Part shown: positions 48,496-57,900 of the stretch, in pieces | How the letters are laid out: each line of letters starts with the position of its first letter | Position numbering within the stretch: position 1 is the stretch's first letter | Assembly: GCA_015059485.1 (NCBI GenBank) | Contig: SVAH01000004.1 | Span: forward strand, 15,822-79,821 | Reading direction: 5' to 3' | Length of the DNA: 64,000 nucleotides | DNA from: Bacillota bacterium | Lineage (GTDB): Bacteria > Bacillota_I > Bacilli_A > RF39 > UBA660 | Notes under the pieces: generated by a model | The model's database searches: none | Told to the model about the DNA's origin: nothing | The model's input: only the letters and a program-made list of their open reading frames with translations | Position numbers and translations under genes: made by a program

Positions 48496-48572
48496 CGAGA
48501 AGTAGCACAGCTTGGTAGTGCACTTGGTTTGGGACCAAGGGGTCGCAGGTTCGAATCCTGTCTTCTCGACCA
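48496..48572 (+). tRNA. tRNA-Pro (TGG)
   Basis: CGAGAAGTAGCACAGCTTGGTAGTGCACTTGGTTTGGGACCAAGGGGTCGCAGGTTCGAATCCTGTCTTCTCGACCA. Anticodon loop TTTGGGA. Confidence 0.9.
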
Positions 48573-48655
48573 TTGAATTTACAAAGTCTAGAAATAGGCT
48601 TTTTTTTCATGAATAACTGCGGCCCCTTGGTCTTTCCTACAATACATTACTATTA

Positions 48656-49396
48656 CTAATTATACTCAGTAAATAGTAGTTTTAAATCTTTTTTGGATAT
48701 TTTAAAAGATGTACCATGATCATGGTATTCTCCTTTATGAATTCCACTTTTATATATTCCATATTTAAAAGTTACATAAATTGTTCCGGTTTCAATCAAA
48801 TTTAAAAATTTTTCAAATGTTTTTAAAACATAACACTTTATTTCCTTATAAAAATAATAATAATTACCATTTGAATAAATTTTATCAGTTGTTATCAGAG
48901 CTAATTTTGATAATTTTAATTCTAATTTTGATTTTACATCATCAAAATCCCAATAAAGATCTGAATTTATTAATTCTTTTTTATAATTATAAATATCTAA
49001 AATAATTTTTTGATTAACATAATCTACTCTTAATTTATAATAATTAAACAACCCAATTTTCCTTAGTTCATTTCCATAAATATCACCTTTAAATACTTTT
49101 TTATTTTTAAAGTCTTTATCTGGATATCCATATTTTTCAGCAATCCATTGCGTCGAAAAAACATGATTACTATCTGGTGTAGAATTAAATAAATCAAATG
49201 TGGCATCATTATAATTTCTGATAGCTTTTAATTCAATTCCATAATAATCCGGAAAGCAAAAATCACTTCCACCTGCATTTAGCATTTTTTCTAAAGTTTG
49301 TCCAGCACCATTTGCACTTTTTATTTCAGATTTAACAAATCCTTGTTTCTTTATATTTTCAAATTCTTTAAGTAACTTTTCGAAATCTTTATCCAT
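48656..49396 (-). CDS. MvaI/BcnI-family (MutH-like PD-(D/E)XK) type II restriction endonuclease homolog, apparently without adjacent methyltransferase
   Basis: 246 aa. Catalytic-type motif CFPDYYGIELKAIRN (D-x4-E-L-K). The N-terminal ...LLKEFENIKKQGFV...GAGQTLEKMLNAGGS and the C-terminal YHDHGTSFKISKKDL match my memory of BcnI/MvaI (about 240 aa, ending ...HDRGPHLRIPISKL). Confidence 0.5.
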   Translation of the reverse strand: MDKDFEKLLKEFENIKKQGFVKSEIKSANGAGQTLEKMLNAGGSDFCFPDYYGIELKAIRNYNDATFDLFNSTPDSNHVFSTQWIAEKYGYPDKDFKNKKVFKGDIYGNELRKIGLFNYYKLRVDYVNQKIILDIYNYKKELINSDLYWDFDDVKSKLELKLSKLALITTDKIYSNGNYYYFYKEIKCYVLKTFEKFLNLIETGTIYVTFKYGIYKSGIHKGEYHDHGTSFKISKKDLKLLFTEYN

Positions 49397-49506
49397 TTTT
49401 TCCTCCTTTCATTATTTTTAGGAGATTATCACCTCCTACTATACATATTACAAAAAAATTTGTAATTTCCTTCTTTTTTTCAAAATTTTATAAAAAAAAC
49501 AAAAGA

Positions 49507-50595
49507 TTATTCATCTTTCGTTTCAATTTTATCTAATTCAACTTTATTTATAGAATTAAATCTATTAGTTATTTTTTCTGTAGTAATATGAATATCTTTA
49601 ACATCTTTTGATACTGTATCAATACTTCTAGATAATTTATCCCATCTTTCTTTATATCTTGCAAAGTCTATGGATAATTTATTTAACTCAGTATGTATTA
49701 CCTTTGCATATTTGTCTCTTTCCATATTTTTTACTATCATACTTATAGTTGTCAAAGTACTCATTAGTGTAGTCGGACTTGTTATCCATACATTTCTACT
49801 GTAAGCATATTCTACTAAATCAGAATGATATGCATTTATCTCAGCGAATATTGCTTCTGCTGGTAAAAACATTATTGCTTCACTTGCAGTTTCTCCAGCC
49901 ACTATATATTTACTACTAATAGCGTCTATATGTTTTTTTACATCCAATTTAAACTTTTTAAATGCTGCATCACGTATATCAGCAGGTAATTTTCTATCAG
50001 TCATTCTCTCATAATTTTCAAGAGGAAACTTTGAATCGATACATATTGTTCCAAGGGGGGATGGTGCAAAAAGAATTGCATCTGCTATATACCCATTACT
50101 CATTTTATGTTGTATATCATATATTCCAGTATTCTTATCGCCAAATACACTAGTCAAAATATAATTTAAATTTACTTCTCCAAATATTCCCCTAGTCTTT
50201 TTATCAGTTAATACGCTTTGAAGTGATACTATCTCTGATGATAACCCATCTATTTTCTTTTGTGCTTCATCTATTTTAGATAATCTTTCTATTATATTAT
50301 TAAACGTTTTATTTGTTTTTTCAAAGTTTTGATCAATTCTTTCGTTTACTTTATCATTTATAAGAATTAATCTTCTCTCAATTTTTTCATTTAAACTTTC
50401 AAAATCTTTTCTAAGATCTTTAGAAAAATCAACTTTAAAATTTCCAACTTCTCTAGTAAGTTCTGTTTCAAACTTACCAAGTCTTTCAATCATATCTACG
50501 CTTTTATCATCATTTTTTCTAAATATTAATACAACAAGTAAAATAATAATTAATACTAATATACCTATAATTACATAATCTAACATAACAACCAC
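49507..50595 (-). CDS. rmuC: DNA recombination protein RmuC
   Basis: 362 aa. N-terminal TM, coiled coil, and a conserved RmuC core (TRGIFGEVNLNYIL...). Confidence 0.75.
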   Translation of the reverse strand: MVVMLDYVIIGILVLIIILLVVLIFRKNDDKSVDMIERLGKFETELTREVGNFKVDFSKDLRKDFESLNEKIERRLILINDKVNERIDQNFEKTNKTFNNIIERLSKIDEAQKKIDGLSSEIVSLQSVLTDKKTRGIFGEVNLNYILTSVFGDKNTGIYDIQHKMSNGYIADAILFAPSPLGTICIDSKFPLENYERMTDRKLPADIRDAAFKKFKLDVKKHIDAISSKYIVAGETASEAIMFLPAEAIFAEINAYHSDLVEYAYSRNVWITSPTTLMSTLTTISMIVKNMERDKYAKVIHTELNKLSIDFARYKERWDKLSRSIDTVSKDVKDIHITTEKITNRFNSINKVELDKIETKDE

Positions 50596-50597
50596 CT

Positions 50598-51179
50598 TTA
50601 TAAATTAAATTTTTTTGATACTATTTTACTAAAAATATAAGCAATTAAAAGCATAATTCCAACCTTTATAAGTATAATTGGATTAGTTAAACTTTGAACT
50701 AAATTGGTTCCTATAAATGCCCAAAAGTATACCATAAAAAACTTTCCAATACATATACCTGTCATAAATTTTTTAGTATCCATATCTGAAAGACCGGCTG
50801 CAATATTAACTAAAAAAGCTGGAGTAAATGGTACTGCTACGATCAACGCTAGAGATGATACTTTACAATTTTCTATTGTTTTCATCATTTTATTTATGCT
50901 TTCTTTATTTCTAACCTGCCTATCAAACCAACCTTTAAGTTTACTATCACATATTCTAAAAGATATAAAACATCCAAGGCATGTAAATATCCAAGACATA
51001 ATAAAACCAAGTATGTACCCAAAAGTCATACAGTTTAAAGTAATAAATACACAAAGTGGAAGCACTGGTAACATTGATTCTACTACTATAAGTATACATC
51101 CAAGTATTGGACCCGAAGCTCCTAAGTATTGTATTAAACTATTTATAAATTCATTAATTGTTTCTAACATATTCATCAC
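50598..51179 (-). CDS. TVP38/TMEM64 (DedA/SNARE-associated) family membrane protein
   Basis: 193 aa. Multi-TM with the typical G-rich re-entrant loop region. Confidence 0.55.
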   Translation of the reverse strand: MMNMLETINEFINSLIQYLGASGPILGCILIVVESMLPVLPLCVFITLNCMTFGYILGFIMSWIFTCLGCFISFRICDSKLKGWFDRQVRNKESINKMMKTIENCKVSSLALIVAVPFTPAFLVNIAAGLSDMDTKKFMTGICIGKFFMVYFWAFIGTNLVQSLTNPIILIKVGIMLLIAYIFSKIVSKKFNL

Positions 51180-51210
51180 AATAATATTATAAACTATTTA
51201 TTAAAAAAAA

Positions 51211-51474
51211 TCACTCTTTATATACTTGAGTGACATTATAACCGTAAAGTTCTAGTATACTAACAATTTTTTTACTTTTTACTCCACCACTGCATATAAT
51301 ATAATATGGTTTATTTTTATCAAGCAAATTTTGATAATTATAAATTAATTTTTGATAAGGGATATTAATACTACCATTTATATACCTAAATTTATTTTCA
51401 ATTTCTAAATCTATTAATGTTCCTAGACTACTATTATAATCTTTTAAATTAATTCTTTTCATTCCATTCACCAA
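51211..51474 (-). CDS. Single-domain rhodanese-like sulfurtransferase
   Basis: 87 aa. Active-site loop YYIICSGGVKSKK (CxGGxR/K-type). Confidence 0.55.
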   Translation of the reverse strand: MVNGMKRINLKDYNSSLGTLIDLEIENKFRYINGSINIPYQKLIYNYQNLLDKNKPYYIICSGGVKSKKIVSILELYGYNVTQVYKE

Positions 51475-51573
51475 TATATATTATGTAAAATTCAAAAAAA
51501 TTTGTGGACTTTTATTTTATTTTTATCAAAAATTTGATATAATTCCTAGTATAGAAAGAAGTGTGAAGTAAAT

Positions 51574-53067
51574 ATGTCAGAAGACAATAATGTTTCAAAT
51601 AATGTTGAAACGAATGAAACAACAAATGCTGCAGTAGAAAATAATGATGCAAATGTTGTTTTAGAAAATAATACATCCAATGTAAATACACAATTTATTA
51701 CACCAAATGATAGTACACCATTAGAGGCAAAAAAGAAAAGCAAAGCTTTACCAATTTGCATTGTTCTAATTGTTGCTCTATGTATTTGTCTTGGAGGTTT
51801 CTATTTTTATTTTAGTACTCCTAAAAAGATAGTATCAAACGTAATCAACAAAGCATATGAAAAGTACGATGAAATTGCTAACAAGGATGTTAAATTTGAT
51901 ATAGCAAAAGATTCAGTTAAAGTTGAAGGAAATTTAAATTTTGATACTAATATACCAGGATTTGACACAATAAAAAATGATGTTATTAAATTTACTGGTG
52001 GTATCGATTATAAAAATAAAAAAGCTGAAGGTGGTCTTTCATTAGATGAAAAGAATAAAACTTTAGCAGATATAATGGCTTATGTTATAGATGGAAATGC
52101 TTATATGACTTTAGGAGATGATTATAAAGGTCTAGTTAACGTTGGAAAATCTGATTTTGAAGATGTTTTAAATTTAGAAGATTTAGAAAAAACTAAAATT
52201 GATAAAGACGATATTAATTATGTTGTTAAAGCTTATAAAGATATTTTAATTGATTCTATTGATAAAAAAGACCTTGAAAAAAGCTCTGATACTATAAAAA
52301 TTGATGGTAAAGATACTAAAGTAACTAAAATATCATATAAAGTTAATAAGAAAAATTTAGAAAAACTTTCTAAAAATATAATTGATAAAACATTAAGCGA
52401 TAAAGAATTATTAAAAAAACTTGCAAAAATAACTGATACTGATGTTGAAGATATTAAAGATTCATTAAAAGAAGCTAAAGATGATTTAGAAATTGAAGAT
52501 GAAGATTTAAATATGACTTTAAACATTTATACAAAAGGATTTATGAATGATTTTGTTGGATTAGACTTAAAAATTGATAAAGATAATTCTTTAAATGTTG
52601 TTGTTAATAAAGATAATACTAAAGTAACAATTAAAGCTGGAAATGAAATGACTTTTGTTGCTACTATTAAAGAATATAATGATGAAAAAATTGATATCGA
52701 TTATAATGTAAAAGTTGCAACTACTACTGTTTCTGGTAATTTAACTATTACTGCTAAAGAAACTAAAAAAGATCATTATAAAGGTTCATTAAATTTCACA
52801 GTAAAATACGCTGGATTCAATGCATCAGTAAAAATGGATTATACTATGGAAATTGGTGCTAAAATAGCTGATATTAATACAAGCAAAGCTGTTGATCAAA
52901 ATAAAGCATATTATGATTTACAAATTGCAAGTAATAAAATATTAAATAGATTACAATCATCTAACATCGGTACTATTATTAGTAGTTTTGCTGATTCATT
53001 TGAAGAAGAAGATGATGATGATGATTATAGCAGTTATAATTATGATGATGAAGATTACGTTTATTAA
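51574..53067 (+). CDS. Hypothetical membrane-anchored extracytoplasmic protein (N-terminal cytoplasmic tail, one TM, Lys/Asp-rich ectodomain, acidic tail)
   Basis: 497 aa. TM segment LPICIVLIVALCICLGGFYFYF. C-terminal EEEDDDDDYSSYNYDDEDYVY. Confidence 0.5.
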   Translation: MSEDNNVSNNVETNETTNAAVENNDANVVLENNTSNVNTQFITPNDSTPLEAKKKSKALPICIVLIVALCICLGGFYFYFSTPKKIVSNVINKAYEKYDEIANKDVKFDIAKDSVKVEGNLNFDTNIPGFDTIKNDVIKFTGGIDYKNKKAEGGLSLDEKNKTLADIMAYVIDGNAYMTLGDDYKGLVNVGKSDFEDVLNLEDLEKTKIDKDDINYVVKAYKDILIDSIDKKDLEKSSDTIKIDGKDTKVTKISYKVNKKNLEKLSKNIIDKTLSDKELLKKLAKITDTDVEDIKDSLKEAKDDLEIEDEDLNMTLNIYTKGFMNDFVGLDLKIDKDNSLNVVVNKDNTKVTIKAGNEMTFVATIKEYNDEKIDIDYNVKVATTTVSGNLTITAKETKKDHYKGSLNFTVKYAGFNASVKMDYTMEIGAKIADINTSKAVDQNKAYYDLQIASNKILNRLQSSNIGTIISSFADSFEEEDDDDDYSSYNYDDEDYVY

Positions 53068-53094
53068 TTAAATAAAACATCCTAAATGGATGTT

Positions 53095-53739
53095 TTATTT
53101 TTGATTAAAAGCTTTCATCTTTTCTATACTTCTCTTCTCATATCTTGATACTTTAGCTTGAGATAATTTTAATTTTTTTGCAACTTCCATCTGTGATAAA
53201 TCTTCATAATATCTACACATAATAATTTTTTTCTCTTCATCACTTAAACTATTAATACTTTCTTCTAATATCAGTTTATCATCTAATGAAATATTTTCTA
53301 CTACTGATATCATTTCAGATAAATTTCTAGAATTATCATTATCCTCATCAAAGCTAATAGTATTTCCAATATTTGTTGCACTACTTACCAAAGATAATTC
53401 AATGTTCAAATATTTGGATATTTCTAAATTAGTTGGAATTCTCCCATATTCCTGAGCAAGTGTATATCTAGTTAATTCTATTTTCTTATAAAGCCTTATA
53501 AGGTCTTTTGATACTTTATAATTATTATTAGAATTAACTAAATTATACATTTCACCGTAAATGTAATCGTATGCATACGTTGAAAATTTAGTGGTACCAT
53601 TTTTTTGATAATTATTATAAGCCTTTAATATACCAACAACCCCCACTTGATATAAATCTTCTAAATCTACATTATAAAATTTTTTTGCTATTTTATAAAT
53701 AAGATTAGTATTAAGATTTATAACTTCCAGTGTGGTCAT
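53095..53739 (-). CDS. Sigma-70 family (SigB/F/G-like group 3) RNA polymerase sigma factor
   Basis: 214 aa. Region 2 YQVGVVGILKAYNNYQKNGTTKFSTYAYDYIYGEM. Region 4 HTH LSQMEVAKKLKLSQAKVSRYEKRSIEKM. Confidence 0.75.
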   Translation of the reverse strand: MTTLEVINLNTNLIYKIAKKFYNVDLEDLYQVGVVGILKAYNNYQKNGTTKFSTYAYDYIYGEMYNLVNSNNNYKVSKDLIRLYKKIELTRYTLAQEYGRIPTNLEISKYLNIELSLVSSATNIGNTISFDEDNDNSRNLSEMISVVENISLDDKLILEESINSLSDEEKKIIMCRYYEDLSQMEVAKKLKLSQAKVSRYEKRSIEKMKAFNQK

Positions 53740-53748
53740 AATTTCCTC

Positions 53749-54090
53749 CTAAATTTTTAATAAATTTAACGCTGTAAGTTCACTGCTGGTTTCTTTTAAA
53801 CCAGCTTTTTTAAATTGTTTTTCGTATTCATTTGCAATCTCACAAACATACATCTTTCCCTTATTTGTTTTAATTGCACATTTAGTATTTAAAATTGCAT
53901 TCATTCCACATTCGTCAATGCTTTCAAGTAGAAAACAATTATATACTAAGTATTTAATCTTATGTTTTAGAATAACCGGTACTAAATAGTTATTTAATTT
54001 ATAAGAAGTACTACGATTTAAAATTCCATCTAATCTTACAAATAGAATTCCATGATTATACTCCATATCCATTTTTAACATTTTTATCAC
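53749..54090 (-). CDS. STAS-domain anti-sigma-factor-antagonist (SpoIIAA-like) protein, with Glu at the position of the phospho-serine
   Basis: 113 aa. Aligns to SpoIIAA (ILFVRLDGILN ~ VLCIRLTGELD). The DSSGLG loop corresponds to DECGMN here. It lies 10 nt upstream of the sigma gene with no kinase gene between. Confidence 0.55.
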   Translation of the reverse strand: MIKMLKMDMEYNHGILFVRLDGILNRSTSYKLNNYLVPVILKHKIKYLVYNCFLLESIDECGMNAILNTKCAIKTNKGKMYVCEIANEYEKQFKKAGLKETSSELTALNLLKI

Positions 54091-54179
54091 CTTTGTAAGA
54101 ACACTATACTACAAATAGAATTATAATTAAAGCGATTCGACAAAGCTCGACAAAACTTTTAAAAAAGAAAAAAGAAGAA

Positions 54180-54890
54180 TTATTTTTCTTCTATTTTTTC
54201 AATTAATACTTTATTATTTTTTACTGTATAAGTAATGGTAATATCTTTTATTTTTTTTGCATTATTTTTATTAATATATTTTAAAATATTATCTATACTA
54301 CCTTTATTTTGTAAATATAATTGAATTTCACTTACCTCATCTAACTTATTATTATCATTATAATAATTCAATACTTTATACGGATCTTTTACTAATAATT
54401 TATCATATTTAACAATATATTTATCACTTTTCTTATACATATCTTTTATTTTATATGATACTATTTCTTTTGCAGCTATCTCTCTTATATCAGTACCTTT
54501 ATCTATGCTAAATGTACTTGTTGTAAAATCATAAGTTATTTTTTCATCAATCATTTTAGAAGTTATTCCAATATTTAATATATCCTTCTTTGAAATATTT
54601 TTATTGAAAGTATTATTTATTTTATTAATAATTTCTTTTATAGTCATTGAATCTTTATTATTATTTTTTAATATATAAATTATATATCCATCTAATTTTT
54701 CATTATTATCAATACATTCTAAATATTTAGTTACACCATTACTAATTTCTTCTAATTTTATTTTTTCTAGATTACTTACTTTTGAAGTATAGAAAATATG
54801 AAAGTACGATAATATCACTAGAAGGAAGAATATTATTCCTCCTAGTAACATTAATATTTTATTCTTATTATAAATTATTTTACTTAACAT
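54180..54890 (-). CDS. Hypothetical membrane-anchored protein immediately downstream of the giant beta-helix gene
   Basis: 236 aa. N-terminal TM (ILMLLGGIIFFLLVILSYFHIFY). Confidence 0.45.
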   Translation of the reverse strand: MLSKIIYNKNKILMLLGGIIFFLLVILSYFHIFYTSKVSNLEKIKLEEISNGVTKYLECIDNNEKLDGYIIYILKNNNKDSMTIKEIINKINNTFNKNISKKDILNIGITSKMIDEKITYDFTTSTFSIDKGTDIREIAAKEIVSYKIKDMYKKSDKYIVKYDKLLVKDPYKVLNYYNDNNKLDEVSEIQLYLQNKGSIDNILKYINKNNAKKIKDITITYTVKNNKVLIEKIEEK

Positions 54891-54904
54891 AAATTAACTC
54901 CTTC

Positions 54905-57900
54905 TTAATCTATTCCATATGTATTAATTAAATACTTTTGATTTGCTATTATTGTATTATCATCATGCTTTTCATTAGCAATTGCAACCATCTTATAATA
55001 TATGTTTCTATTTGCTGTATATCTTCCATAATTACCTAACCAATAATTAGGTTCATAATAACCATTATTAATATCTGTATATACTAATTCTCCATTAATA
55101 AAATATTTTGAAACATTATTAATTGAATCATAAGAAATTGATATAACATTATATTTTGTTGCATTAGTTGTACTAGTATAGTGTGTCTGATTAACGTAAT
55201 GAGTAAATGTAATGTCATGATCTGTATTGGCTGCAATACCTGCAAGTGGAGAGGCTGTACTACCATTACCTGTCATTATAATATTTGCATTATCTAATGC
55301 TTTTGCAACTACATATATAGTAATATTATCATATTTTTCAAGTTTTAAATTATTGTTAGCTTTTCCAGTTAAGAATAAATTTCCGTCACTTATAGTAACT
55401 CCTTCATTAATAGTAAAATCTGCATTTCCTAAAACTTTATTTTCCCATACTTTAGAACCACTTACTAAGTTTGAATTATCAAAGTACCAATTAACACCTG
55501 TCATATCAAAAGTTAAATTTGGATCAACTAGTTGTACTCCAAAATCACAATCAAATGTTTTACTAGTATTTCCAGTATTTTCAATTTCAATAATATACTT
55601 TTCTGAATAATTCCAATTGATATTTTGATCTTCTAGTAACTTTATTGTATCCCCATTACCTAAGCTCTTGTTTTCTATAATTACATTTCCATTAGTATCT
55701 TTAACTGTATACACTAAATTTGTTGAATCAAATCCAGATGATAAATTAGTTATATACATATCAAAACTTTTAAGTTTATTAGATGTATTATCTATCTTTA
55801 TTGTTTTTGTACAACTTTCATTTTCTCCTATAGTACAGTTCATAGAATTAGTACTAAAATATCTTACAATGACATCTTTATCTTCTCCTAATTCTTGTTT
55901 AATTATTAAACTAGGACCTTCTAAGTATTCTAAATAACATTTTTGATATCCTGTTCCTTCATATAATTCAAATGTTGTTTCATATTTGTATTCAACTTCA
56001 GTTGTTGATTCTGGTTTTGCTTCTGTTGAACCAACTATTACTCCATCATAATATTTAAATAATCCATCTATCTTTTTAACCCCAATTCCTGTATCAATTC
56101 CAACTCCAATTACATACGGATCATTTTGTTTAGGAACATTAGGAAGGCCACTTCCATCATATTCCCCTAAAACAACTTCACCTTTATTTGCATATATTCC
56201 ATAAGCATTTCTAGCATTTGAAACATCAATATTTCCAGATTTAATTGTAACTTTAGAACTAGCATTTTCATTATATATACCATAGCTTATTTTTCCACCT
56301 GTTGATATTACATTTCCTGAATTAATAGTAATATTTCCACTATTATTATTTCTTATTGCATAGTGTTTAGTATTCATTATAGAAGTATCATTTTTTATAA
56401 TATCTGAATCATCTACTACCACTGTTCCAGTATTATATAGTGTTGTAAGTTCATTACTAGTATTACTACTTTCTTTTTTTATTTTTAATGTTGAATTATC
56501 TAAGTTTAATGTACCTGTATTAGTAACAAGTGTTATATTACCTGATTTATGTTCATATATATCACTAGAGTCTTTTAGATTTAATGTTCCACTATTATTG
56601 ATTGTTCCATTAAGTTCTGATGAATCAATTGTTACTATACCACTTCTAGAATTATTAATTGAACCATTTAATTTTATATTTGTTATATCGAATTTCATAG
56701 TAGCATAATAAGTGATATTTCCTACTATGCTATCTGTAGTATTCGAATTATCTATCATAATATTTGAATTACTTGATTTATAAAATGAACTTGAATCACT
56801 TTTTAAAATCACATCTGTAAAAGTGCTATCTTTTGTCGAATAATCTGATATTGCATAACTTTTTCCATAAATATTTCCACCTGTTGCAGTTAATGCTCCT
56901 GTATTACGTATAGCAGTATCTGTAACATTTGTATTAACGTTTTCTAATATTAACTCATTAGTACTTTCAATTCCTTTTTTACCATCAAATGAGCAGTTTG
57001 TAATGGTAACAACACCATTTGTACCATTATTATAAATTTGATATCGATCAGTCAAACTATTTTCAAATGAAATATTAGATAAATTCAAGGTTTTACTATT
57101 AGTTACAGTATTATATAAATGAGTTTCTTTTATCTTAGAATTACCACTATTAGTTGAATCTTTAATTGTTAATGTTCCACTATTTGTAATTCCTTTTGAC
57201 ATTGTAAGTGAGTACCCTACCATATCAATAGTTATATTTTTAGAATTAGTTATTGGATAATAAATTGATGCATTTCTTTTTAAAGTCAATGTTGAACCAT
57301 CTGGTGATTCAGTTATTGCTGTTTGAAGATTTTTAAAATCCGTCATTCCATTATTAACCAGCCAATCCTCTGTTTCTAATGTATTAGTAATATATGTATT
57401 ATCATCAATCGTTTCTGTATCTACTTTTACTTGTGAATTTTCTAAAACATTTGAATATCCAATATTTGTAGCATCTACTATACCTTTTATAATTCCATCA
57501 TAGAAATATAAATAACCATTAGCATTAAATGCAATTGTATAAATTCCATAACTTTCCCCTTTTATAACTGGTGATGTAGTATCAAGCGAATCTTCATTAG
57601 AACCTATAATTATTTTAGAACTTGGAGCATTATTGTAAACACCATATACTCCACCAGTTACTTCACCACCAAGTATTTTAGTAGTTCCATTATAAGTTTC
57701 TATAGCATTCTTTGGTGATTCTATGACTCCACCTTCTACAGTAAATGTCCCACTGGCATAAATACCTGTAGTAGTTAAACTTTTAACATTACCACCTTTT
57801 ACAGTTATTTTTCCACCACCATTTATACCGATTCCATTTTTTCCAATTATAGTTCCACCGTTTACCGTTATCTCACTATTACTGTTATATTCATAAATAC

